IMG/VR virus record: IMGVR_UViG_3300049172_000068
Location: 7,387-71,386 of that record
Direction: 5' to 3' (one strand)
DNA length: 64,000 nt
Source of the DNA: a virus
Taxonomy: Duplodnaviria > Caudoviricetes
Under the pieces are notes generated by a model. That model did not search any database, was not told where the DNA came from, and saw only the letters and a program-made list of their open reading frames with translations. Positions within the stretch are counted from its first letter, which is position 1. Each line of letters starts with the position of its first letter. The translations under genes and the position numbers were made by a program. Of the stretch, positions 35,467 to 43,265 are shown piece after piece.

Positions 35467-35483
35467 CTACGAAGGAGATCCGC

Positions 35484-35810
35484 ATGCCCGCCAAGTACAC
35501 CGCCGGAGAGATCGCCCGTCTCGCCCGCCTGGAGTTCAAAGCCGCCCGCCGCGTCGTCGCCGCCGGCCACGAGGCCGCTGGAGGCAACGACCGGGCACAG
35601 GACCGCATCCACGACCGTGCCCAGCAGCGCTGGGAGCGAGAAGCCAGCGTCGCCTTCAACCAGCTGGACGCCGCGGAGAGCGAGCTCGCCAAGGCCGAGA
35701 TCGCCCTGCGGTCCGCCCGGGGCACGGACAAGGCCGCCGCTCGCAGCGCCCGCAACGACGCCAAGGACAAGGTCCGCCGCGCAGACAAGACCGCCCGCAA
35801 GTACCGCTGA
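35484..35810 (+). CDS. Coiled-coil protein (DUF6257-like, plasmid-associated)
   Basis: AAGGAG RBS; YTAGEIARLARLEFKAARR; family name recalled. Confidence 0.6.
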   Translation: MPAKYTAGEIARLARLEFKAARRVVAAGHEAAGGNDRAQDRIHDRAQQRWEREASVAFNQLDAAESELAKAEIALRSARGTDKAAARSARNDAKDKVRRADKTARKYR

Positions 35811-35829
35811 CCAGAGGAGCCCATCCGCC

Positions 35830-36312
35830 ATGTCCGCCCTGCCCGAGCGGTACCGCCCCTACGCCAACCAGGCCGCCGGGCAGCCGCACCGGCCCACCGC
35901 CATCTACCAGCCGCAGCCCGTCGCCCGCTACGACGAGCGCCCGCCGATCGCCTGGGTCGCCGACCCCTACAACCCGGACCGCTCCGTCGCCGTTGACGCC
36001 CGCCTCATCCAGCGCCCCGAGCCCGCCCAGCCGCGCGACCTCTCGCCGCAGCCGCTCCTTGACCCGGTCGCGCAACGCTGGCTTGGCGCAGGCGTCGGAG
36101 TCGGAGCCGCCGGAGCGGGCGTCGGCTGGGGCCTCGGCCAACTCGCCGCGGGCATCGCCCTCATGGGCACCGCCGGAGTGGCCATCCTCGCCGGGCTCCT
36201 CCTCGCCGCCGCCAGCATGCGAGGCCGCAGCATCACCAACATCCACAACGAGGCCCACACCCACGTCACGCAGAAGTGGCTCGGCCGGACCAACGTCACC
36301 AACCAGCAGTAG
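35830..36312 (+). CDS. Spd-like membrane protein
   Basis: Pro-rich N-terminus, Gly-rich 2 TM, T/N/H-rich tail as seen in Streptomyces plasmid spread proteins. Confidence 0.6.
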   Translation: MSALPERYRPYANQAAGQPHRPTAIYQPQPVARYDERPPIAWVADPYNPDRSVAVDARLIQRPEPAQPRDLSPQPLLDPVAQRWLGAGVGVGAAGAGVGWGLGQLAAGIALMGTAGVAILAGLLLAAASMRGRSITNIHNEAHTHVTQKWLGRTNVTNQQ

Positions 36313-36321
36313 GAGAACCCA

Positions 36322-36510
36322 ATGGAGCGTTACCACCACCTGTACTGGATGTACACGATCCTGGCCCCGCTCATCCTGGGCCTGATCGCTCTCGCCTTGA
36401 TCCTCCTGCCTGGGGAGCCGAACACCGGCCGCATGCTCATCGGGCTGGCGGTCTACCTCGTGATCGCCGTCGTCGGTGGCTTCTTCATCACCCGCCGCTT
36501 CGACCGGTGA
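36322..36510 (+). CDS. Small 2-TM protein
   Basis: AGGAG RBS; hydrophobic. Confidence 0.6.
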   Translation: MERYHHLYWMYTILAPLILGLIALALILLPGEPNTGRMLIGLAVYLVIAVVGGFFITRRFDR

Positions 36511-36521
36511 AAGGACTCGTC

Positions 36522-36770
36522 ATGACCGAGCCGTTCTGGTGGCCGCAGGTACTGGCCGCGACGTCGACCCGTCGTCAGGCGGCGGGCATGCTCCTCGCCC
36601 ACGCCACCCCCACCGCCCACGACGGCACGCTGCGGCTGCACTTCGACCGGGCCGATATTGCCGCGGCGTGGCGGGACAGCGGGGCGCAGGCCGCGCTCGA
36701 AGGGGCCCTCACTCAGCTCGGGCACCGCATGACGATCGAAATCCGTACCCTCACAACACAGGAGGCATAG
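36522..36770 (+). CDS. Hypothetical protein
   Basis: AAGGA RBS. Confidence 0.55.
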   Translation: MTEPFWWPQVLAATSTRRQAAGMLLAHATPTAHDGTLRLHFDRADIAAAWRDSGAQAALEGALTQLGHRMTIEIRTLTTQEA

Positions 36771-36772
36771 CC

Positions 36773-37060
36773 ATGGGATACGCGCTCTACGAGATCACCC
36801 GCAACGGCGAGACCATCGAAGCCGGATACGCCGTCGAGACCGTCTGTGAAGAGGATGGCTGCACCGAGAAGATAGACCGCGGCCTCGCCCACCTCTGCGG
36901 CGCCCAGCCCGGCGGCGATGAATACGGCTGCGGCGGCTACTACTGCGGTTACCACCTCTACGGCGGCATCGGCCCCGCGCAAGGGCTCTGCAAGCGCGAC
37001 TCGAAGCGCTGGGAGGAGCAGGAGGAGAGCGAGGAAGAGCCTGCCTCTTCCGTCACTTGA
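36773..37060 (+). CDS. Cys-rich hypothetical phage protein
   Basis: GGAGG RBS; C...C..IDRGLAHLCG..GCGGYYC..H. Confidence 0.65.
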   Translation: MGYALYEITRNGETIEAGYAVETVCEEDGCTEKIDRGLAHLCGAQPGGDEYGCGGYYCGYHLYGGIGPAQGLCKRDSKRWEEQEESEEEPASSVT

Positions 37061-37161
37061 CAGATCAGGCACACCGAAGCGATCATCTGCTCAGATAGCC
37101 TTCGTGCGCTTTGAGGCCCGCCACACTGGTGGGCCTTTCGCCATTTCCGGGGGAGGTGCCC

Positions 37162-37389
37162 ATGCTCCCTGGCTACGTCTCCGCGGCGGATGCCGCCTAC
37201 TACGCCGGTGTTCCCGTCGGCACGATCTGGCGCTGGGCGTCGGAAGGTCGCATCAGCAAGACCGGGCGCGGCAAGACTGCGGGCTACCGCGTGTTCGACC
37301 TGCCTAAGGGCCGCCGCGATGAGTACACGCGCGAACTGATCGAACCCGGCAAGCCACCGCCCCTGCCCGCTGGCGCCAAGGCCGCCTGA
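37162..37389 (+). CDS. Small MerR/Xis-like HTH protein before the late genes
   Basis: VSAADAAYYAGVPVGTIWRWASEGRI; GGAGG RBS. Confidence 0.7.
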   Translation: MLPGYVSAADAAYYAGVPVGTIWRWASEGRISKTGRGKTAGYRVFDLPKGRRDEYTRELIEPGKPPPLPAGAKAA

Positions 37390-37469
37390 CTGTCCCGCCG
37401 TTCGTGCCGGTCCCGCGGACGGCGGGGCTTCCAACCGCGCCACGCGGCGCCCATCCCTGAGGAGGCCGC

Positions 37470-37856
37470 GTGGCCGACGCGCTCACCAATACGGCAGAGA
37501 ACCTCACCCTCGACTGGATCCTCGGCGTCGGCACACCGACCCGGCCCACCACCCCGCTGAAGGTCGCCCTGGTCACCGCGAACGGCACCGACACGGCGGC
37601 GGGCACCGAGGTGACCGGCGGCTCCTACGCCCGGCAGGACCTTGCGGTGGCCGCCGCGGTCGGCGGGGCGACCAGCAACTCGGCCGACCTGGTCTTCACC
37701 GGCATGCCGGCTGCGACCGTGGTCGGTGTCGAGATCTGGGACTCGGCGGGGACGCCGGTGCGGCTCTGGTACGGGCCGCTCACTGCGTCCCGCACCGTCT
37801 CCGCGGGGGATGAACTGGTGCTCTCGGCGGGGCAGCTCACCTTGTCCCTGGCGTGA
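37470..37856 (+). CDS. Virion structural protein (tail/fibre-associated)
   Basis: T/A/G-rich beta protein; LKVALVT..EVTGGSYARQ..F. Confidence 0.7.
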   Translation: MADALTNTAENLTLDWILGVGTPTRPTTPLKVALVTANGTDTAAGTEVTGGSYARQDLAVAAAVGGATSNSADLVFTGMPAATVVGVEIWDSAGTPVRLWYGPLTASRTVSAGDELVLSAGQLTLSLA

Positions 37857-37868
37857 TCGGAGGCCCGC

Positions 37869-38981
37869 ATGCCGAGCCTCTCCACGCTGATCGACAATTT
37901 CAATGCGGGCACGCTCGGCCCCGAGTGGGGCAACAGCTACGGCGGCACGGCAGTCGTCGGCGGCCGGGCCCGCGTCCCATGCACGACCGGCTATGCGGGC
38001 TGTCAGACCGGCTACGCGTGGACGCTGGCCGGCGCCTCCCTATTCGTACAGGTGCCCACCGCACCGGCAGCGGCCGGGGCTGCGGTCGAGGCGTACTTCG
38101 CGCTCACCGTCCAAGGCGCCACCGAAGGCACGCGGGTCGGGTTCTCGATGAACGCCGTCACAGGGCTTCTGCGGTGCGTGTCCGAGACGGACTACTGGGA
38201 CGACGCCGCGGTCGAGCTCACCTACGATCCGGTCGCGCACCTGTTCCTGCGGCTCGCCGAGGATGGGGTGAACCTCACCTGGGCCACGTCGCCCGACGGC
38301 AGCACGTGGACGACGAGGCGTACCCTCGCGACCCCGGCGTGGATCGTGGCCGATGCGGAGGCCTGCGCGCTAGACATGAGCGCCCACCGCGACTCCGGCA
38401 CTGACGACTACGTCGAGTTCGACCTCGTCAACACGCTCTCCAACGGGGCGGTGTTCACGGCCGCCGCGGACCTGTCCGCGCAGACCACGCTCGATGCCGC
38501 GGCCCTTGTAGCCGCCGGCGCCACAGCCGCACTGAGCGCCGAGGGCAGCCTCACTGCGACGCCCGTGCTGACCGCGCACGCAGCAGCCGCCCTGTCCGGC
38601 GAGGCGACACTCACCGCCGCATCCGCCGACACAGCGATCCCGGAGGTGGCCGAGTTGTCCGCCGGAGACTGGGACCTGTACATCGAGCAAGGCAGCACGT
38701 TCCTGCAGCGGTTTACAGTCGACGACGACCCCGACTTCACGTGGGACGGCTGGACGGCCCGCTCACAGATCCGGTCCGAAGCCTCGGCGAACGGTGAGCT
38801 GCTGCTCGACCTCACCGACTATCTGACCGTGGACGGCGCCGAGATTCGCCTTGCGATCCCCGCCAGCGTGACCGAGACCCTCACCCGCAACGGACGCTGG
38901 GACCTAGAGGTCGTCCAGGGCGCGACCGTCGTGCGGCTGCTCAACGGGCGGGCGATCGTGTCGCCGGAGGTGACCCGGTGA
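37869..38981 (+). CDS. Virion protein: lectin-like N-domain plus C-terminal BppU-N/Ig-like adaptor
   Basis: C-terminal WDLYIEQGSTF..GWTARSQIR..RWDLEV..RLLNG. Confidence 0.6.
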   Translation: MPSLSTLIDNFNAGTLGPEWGNSYGGTAVVGGRARVPCTTGYAGCQTGYAWTLAGASLFVQVPTAPAAAGAAVEAYFALTVQGATEGTRVGFSMNAVTGLLRCVSETDYWDDAAVELTYDPVAHLFLRLAEDGVNLTWATSPDGSTWTTRRTLATPAWIVADAEACALDMSAHRDSGTDDYVEFDLVNTLSNGAVFTAAADLSAQTTLDAAALVAAGATAALSAEGSLTATPVLTAHAAAALSGEATLTAASADTAIPEVAELSAGDWDLYIEQGSTFLQRFTVDDDPDFTWDGWTARSQIRSEASANGELLLDLTDYLTVDGAEIRLAIPASVTETLTRNGRWDLEVVQGATVVRLLNGRAIVSPEVTR

Positions 38982-40165
38982 GGATCCTCGTCACTGGCGA
39001 ACGGCCCGCCGACGCGATCACCGTCAACGGCGGGCCACAGTCCCGCGTCGTCACCGTCAACGCCGGCCTCGTGTCCAGCGTCAACGGCCGCACGGGCGGG
39101 GTCACGCTCACCGCCGAGATCATCGGCGCCGACCCGGCAGGCTCAGCGGCGGCAGCGCAGACCGCAGCCATCAGCGCTGCGGCGGCCGACGCTACAGCGC
39201 AGATCGAGATACACACCGAGGCGGACGACCCGCACGGCGACCGCGCCTACGCCGACGACACGTTCCTCCCGCTCGCTGGCGGCACGCTCGCTGGCGGCCT
39301 GTTCGCCGACCTTGGCGTCCGCGTCCTCTTCGCGAAGACCACGTCAACGACGCAGCACGCCGGCACCTTCTACCAGGCGGGCACGTCGGGCGCGCACGTG
39401 TCCGCGCTCAACGTAGTCTCCGACAACCCGCAGGGATCGGCGTTCCAGCTGTCCGGGACGGAGACGGCCCTCGGCACCGCGAAGATCAGCCACCTGAACC
39501 CGGGTCCCGATGCCACCTCGGATGCTGGCGCGGCGGCCCTGAGCCTGGACCTGAAGCGCAACGGCAAGGCGGGCACGGCTGCGCAGGGCATCTTCGTCAC
39601 CGCGACCGAAGGCGCCACCACCGGCAACCTGATCGTGCTCCGCAACAACGGCCGCGACGACTTCGTGGTGAAAGGCACCGGCCGGACCGGCGTCGGAATG
39701 GACATCGGCGAAGCGCCCGAAGCGTCGCTCGAGGTGAAGCAGCCCGACACCACCACGCCCGGCCTCGTCGTCACCGGCATCGCATCCACGACCTCGCCGC
39801 TGTTCCAGACGAAGACCTCGGCGGGCACGGCCACGCTGGAGGTCGGCAGCAGCGGGGCGATCGTGCACCGGGCGATCAGCTTCTACACCAGCGCCCTCCA
39901 GCTGGGATCCACGTCGTCCGACCTTGGCGGCTCCGGTGGCGCGGTCATCTCGATGAAGGACGCCACCACGGCGCCCACCACGAACCCGACCGGCGGCGTC
40001 ATCGCCTACAGCCAGGGCGGCGTGTTCAAGGTCCGCAGCGCGGCCGGGGTCGTCTTCGACACCACGCGGCGCACCGTGACCGGGGCGAAGGGCGGCAACG
40101 CGGCACTCACCTCGCTCCTCACGCAGCTCGCCACGATCGGGCTCATCACCGATAGCACCACCTAA
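38978..40165 (+). CDS. Tail fibre with phage hyaluronate-lyase (HylP)-like domain
   Basis: SALNVVSDNPQGSAFQLSGTETALGTAKISHLNP..AAALSLDL..GTAAQGIFV..GNLIVLRNNGRDDFVV closely parallels the recalled HylP triple beta-helix segment. Confidence 0.75.
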   Translation: MRILVTGERPADAITVNGGPQSRVVTVNAGLVSSVNGRTGGVTLTAEIIGADPAGSAAAAQTAAISAAAADATAQIEIHTEADDPHGDRAYADDTFLPLAGGTLAGGLFADLGVRVLFAKTTSTTQHAGTFYQAGTSGAHVSALNVVSDNPQGSAFQLSGTETALGTAKISHLNPGPDATSDAGAAALSLDLKRNGKAGTAAQGIFVTATEGATTGNLIVLRNNGRDDFVVKGTGRTGVGMDIGEAPEASLEVKQPDTTTPGLVVTGIASTTSPLFQTKTSAGTATLEVGSSGAIVHRAISFYTSALQLGSTSSDLGGSGGAVISMKDATTAPTTNPTGGVIAYSQGGVFKVRSAAGVVFDTTRRTVTGAKGGNAALTSLLTQLATIGLITDSTT

Positions 40166-40190
40166 CCCGCATCCCGAAAGGCCCGCGCCC

Positions 40191-40514
40191 ATGGCCCGCT
40201 ACCGCAAGAAGCCCGTCGAGATCGAAGCCGTGCAACTGCGGTGGACGCAGTGGAACGAGGTCTGCGAGTTCCTCGGCGAAGCGCTAACCGCAGAGAACTC
40301 CGACGGCGCCTGGGAGATCACCGCCGAAGAAGCCTCGGACACCTGCGGCGAAGAGGGCCCGAACTACATCGCGCTCAATGTCCGCACCACCCATGGCGAG
40401 CTCGCGGTCGTGCGGCACGGCGACTGGATCATCCCCGAGAAGACGCCTGGTCGCTTCTACCCCTGCAAGCCCGACATCTTCGCCGCCACCTACGAGGCGG
40501 TGGACACGCCGTGA
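40191..40514 (+). CDS. Phage protein (RKKPV..EAVQ..GDWII..YPCKPDIF type)
   Basis: Motif recognised from many phages; function unknown. Confidence 0.7.
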   Translation: MARYRKKPVEIEAVQLRWTQWNEVCEFLGEALTAENSDGAWEITAEEASDTCGEEGPNYIALNVRTTHGELAVVRHGDWIIPEKTPGRFYPCKPDIFAATYEAVDTP

Positions 40515-40678
40515 GCGACGAGCCCGAGACTGACCCGCTCGCCGACGCCCGCAGCCTCCTCGCCGAGCACGAGCGGCAGCAGGACGAAGCCTGCCGCGCC
40601 GAGATCGAGCAGGTGCTCGCCAAGTACCGGCGCAAGCTCGTCGTCACCCAGCCGCAGATCACCATCGTCCCCCTGTAG
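40511..40678 (+). CDS. Hypothetical protein
   Basis: Overlap chain. Confidence 0.5.
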   Translation: MSDEPETDPLADARSLLAEHERQQDEACRAEIEQVLAKYRRKLVVTQPQITIVPL

Positions 40679-40687
40679 GAGACCGCC

Positions 40688-41230
40688 ATGCCCACCAGCA
40701 TCGCCGAGGGCAAGGACTGGTCCCTCCGCCTCTTCGAGCAGTACAAGCCCGACACCGTCTGCGACGTCGGGCCCGGCGAAGGCACCTACGCCAAGCTGTT
40801 CCGGCCCGCACACGAGGGCATCTGGTGGACGGCCATCGAGATCCACAAGCCCTACGTGACCAAGTACAAGCTGAAGTCCACCAAGACGCGGACCATGTAC
40901 GACGAGATCCACACCCTCGACGCCCGCGTCGCACCCGAGCATCTCTTCCACCGGGACCTCGCCATCTTCGGCGACGTCCTGGAACACATGGCCCGCGGAG
41001 ACGCCGTCGACCTCCTGCGCAAGGCCGAGGCGGCCGGGGCGTGGAACATCCTCGTTAGCCTGCCCATCGTCGAAGCGCCGCAGGGCGAAGTCGACGGCAA
41101 CCCGCACGAAGAGCACCTCCACCACTGGGACGCCGACGACATGGACGCCGTCCTCGCCGAACTCGGCGGGCAGGTCCAGTTGATGCGGGGCGAAACGCTC
41201 GGCTGCTGGTGGTGGAGCCGACGCACCTGA
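40688..41230 (+). CDS. Class I SAM-dependent methyltransferase-like protein (small-molecule/glycan type)
   Basis: Motif I VCDVGPGEG, AIEI, DLAIFGDVLEHM; no DPPY/NPPY or PCQ DNA-MTase motif. Confidence 0.7.
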   Translation: MPTSIAEGKDWSLRLFEQYKPDTVCDVGPGEGTYAKLFRPAHEGIWWTAIEIHKPYVTKYKLKSTKTRTMYDEIHTLDARVAPEHLFHRDLAIFGDVLEHMARGDAVDLLRKAEAAGAWNILVSLPIVEAPQGEVDGNPHEEHLHHWDADDMDAVLAELGGQVQLMRGETLGCWWWSRRT

Positions 41231-41256
41231 CCCCTACGACATGGAGGGCCCGCGCC

Positions 41257-41685
41257 ATGGATCTCCACGCCTGGATCACTCAGCAAGTCGACCGGGTCGA
41301 GCGATCGGTCGAGGACGACGTACTGCCGAGCAGCGAAGCCGAAGTCGTCCTGCGCCGCTGCGAGGCGGACCGAAGCATCCTCGCCCGGCATCGGCTCATT
41401 CCCGACGTCACCTACGAGCCCGCCTGTGAAGGTTGTGGCACCTACGGCGACATGGAGATGTCGAACGTAGACAACCTCAACGACTGCCCCGAGTTGCTCG
41501 ACCTCGCGCACGCCCACGGGATCACGCCCGACATCCTCGCCGGACTCGACCGGCCGCAGCCGCCCGTACCTAAGCCGCGTAACGAAGGGCGCCTCGGCCT
41601 CGCCGACATTCTCGCTCCGCGCACTCAGATGCGAAATGTGCCTGCCGCGCTACGTGGACCTCGCTGGAAGCATGGACGATCATGA
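41257..41685 (+). CDS. Hypothetical protein (DUF6221-like)
   Basis: VLRRCEADRSILARH..C..C..CPELLDLAHAHG; family name recalled. Confidence 0.6.
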   Translation: MDLHAWITQQVDRVERSVEDDVLPSSEAEVVLRRCEADRSILARHRLIPDVTYEPACEGCGTYGDMEMSNVDNLNDCPELLDLAHAHGITPDILAGLDRPQPPVPKPRNEGRLGLADILAPRTQMRNVPAALRGPRWKHGRS

Positions 41686-41975
41686 GCGGCGGCTGGCAGG
41701 GCTCGGACCGCAAGGCCCGGCTCCCGTCCGGCTGGGCGAAGATCCGGGCCCGCATCCTCGAACGCGACCCGACCTGCACGCTGTGTGGCGTGAGGCCGTC
41801 GAAATTCTGCGACCATATCCAAGCCAAGACCGATGACCATAGCGAGGCCGCACTCCAGGGCGTGTGCCGCCCCTGTCACGACCAGAAGTCCAGCCGTGAG
41901 GGCAACGAGGCCCAGCGCAACAATCCTCGGCCTGGACGAAAGCGACCCCCTGAACAACACCCCGGGCTGCGGTGA
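41682..41975 (+). CDS. HNH endonuclease (packaging-associated)
   Basis: RARILERDPTCTLC..DHI..LQGVCRPCHDQKS. Confidence 0.85.
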   Translation: MSGGWQGSDRKARLPSGWAKIRARILERDPTCTLCGVRPSKFCDHIQAKTDDHSEAALQGVCRPCHDQKSSREGNEAQRNNPRPGRKRPPEQHPGLR

Positions 41976-41979
41976 ACCC

Positions 41980-42180
41980 GTGCCTCGCTACCTCATCGTC
42001 CACCCCCGGGATCAGCGCAGGGACGACGTCCTCGTCGAAGACCCCACCCTCACACTCACCTTCGAAGCAGGGTGGGCCATCCTCGCCGACGACCGAGGCG
42101 TCTGCCTCGCCATCCCCAGCGGGCAAGGCGCGTCCATCCAGCGGGTAGACGTACAGGAGCCCGCGCCGCAAGAGGAGTGA
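41980..42180 (+). CDS. Hypothetical protein
   Basis: ORF between HNH and terS. Confidence 0.5.
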   Translation: MPRYLIVHPRDQRRDDVLVEDPTLTLTFEAGWAILADDRGVCLAIPSGQGASIQRVDVQEPAPQEE

Positions 42181-42186
42181 TCCACT

Positions 42187-42414
42187 GTGGCCAGCAAGGG
42201 ACGAGGCAACGCATCCACACTGCGCAGGTACTGGAGTACGGGACCAGGCGCAGCCAAGATCCGATGGGGCACGCCCGACGACTGGACCAGGTGCACACGC
42301 CAACTGCACAAGTACATGGGATCCAGGGCCAAGGGGTACTGCCAGCTACTCCACATCCGCAACACGGGAGCAGGCACAGGCAGCAGGGCCAACGTCGGCA
42401 GGCGCAGGCGGTAG
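42187..42414 (+). CDS. Small basic protein with RYW..G.GAAKIRWGTP.DW.RC motif
   Basis: Motif recalled from actinophage head-region proteins. Confidence 0.65.
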   Translation: MASKGRGNASTLRRYWSTGPGAAKIRWGTPDDWTRCTRQLHKYMGSRAKGYCQLLHIRNTGAGTGSRANVGRRRR

Positions 42415-42450
42415 GCAGCCGGCCACCCGAGGGGCACGAGGGAGGCAGGC

Positions 42451-42654
42451 ATGGAGGTCTCCCAAGCGCGGCAGCGTGTGCAGGCCATAGCCGATGCAGC
42501 ACCTGACTTCGAGGCACAACACGGCCTCGAAGATGATCTGTTCGCTGACGTGCTCGCGGGCATCGCGATGACGTCGACCGATCCTCTGGCCAAGGCTCTG
42601 GCCGGCGCTGCTCTGGAGGCGAGAGAGATCGACTTCCAGCGGCCGTGCGCATGA
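42451..42654 (+). CDS. Hypothetical protein
   Basis: GGAGG RBS. Confidence 0.5.
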   Translation: MEVSQARQRVQAIADAAPDFEAQHGLEDDLFADVLAGIAMTSTDPLAKALAGAALEAREIDFQRPCA

Positions 42655-42760
42655 TCACCCTGGGGGGAGATCCCCCTCCCCGCGATCTTCAGGGATCGGG
42701 GCCGTATAGCACCTGACTTTCCGCCCGGGTTTCCTAGGGCGGCCGGCCGCCCTGGTGGCG
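42655..42760. other. Candidate cos/packaging region
   Basis: Non-coding gap between the HNH cluster and terS; G/C-run symmetry and 18-bp palindrome AGGGCGGCCGGCCGCCCT (42736-42753). Confidence 0.45.
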
Positions 42761-42827
42761 TGCCGTTTCAAGATCGTGGCCGCGCCCTGGAGGTGGGGTC
42801 GTCCGCACCGAGACCCTGGAGGTCGTC

Positions 42828-43265
42828 ATGGGTGCACGAGGGCCTATCGGTAAGCGCTCCGAGGAGCGCATGGGGCATCGCTCCAAGGACGAGAAGGACT
42901 CGATCACCAAGGCCCCGTCTGGGCCGCCGCTTGATCTGCCGGACCTGCCGGGCCCGGATCCGCTGTGGCATCCGATCGCCACCGACTGGTACCTGTCCCT
43001 TCAGGAGTCCGGCCAGGCCGTCTTTTACCAGCCGTCGGACTGGGCGATGGCCCGGTACGCGGCAGAGCTCATGTCCCGGGGGCTGTCGTCGGACCGGCCG
43101 CCGAACGGCCAGTACGTCTCGGCTCTCGATAGCGTCATGGCCCGTCTCCTGACGACCGAGGGGGACCGGCGCCGGGCGCGGATCGAGCTGGAGCGGAAGC
43201 CCGTCGGCCCACAGTTGGCATCGGTGAAGCCACTGGACGCCTACCGTGACCTCGCTGGTGGCTGA
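42828..43265 (+). CDS. terS: Terminase small subunit
   Basis: MGARGPIGKRSEER..WHPIATDWY..SGQ..FYQPSDW..L.TEGDRRRARIEL; precedes terL. Confidence 0.8.
   Translation: MGARGPIGKRSEERMGHRSKDEKDSITKAPSGPPLDLPDLPGPDPLWHPIATDWYLSLQESGQAVFYQPSDWAMARYAAELMSRGLSSDRPPNGQYVSALDSVMARLLTTEGDRRRARIELERKPVGPQLASVKPLDAYRDLAGG

Larger units (their letters stand above)
27541..36510. mobile_element. AICE/plasmid-like conjugal transfer cassette embedded in prophage B
   Basis: Divergent layout: leftward Nudix genes, rightward small genes, Spd-like membrane genes, TraB/FtsK and clt-like repeats; no Rep or int. Confidence 0.7.

Noticed and set aside
27541-36510. Independent AICE inserted into the prophage
   Set aside because: No integrase, excisionase, RepSA or flanking att repeats were found around the block, so I treat it as a phage-borne cassette (a decayed insertion is not fully excluded).
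40688-41230. DNA methyltransferase or restriction-modification system
   Set aside because: Only 180 aa, lacks DPPY/NPPY or PCQ motifs, and has no partner endonuclease.
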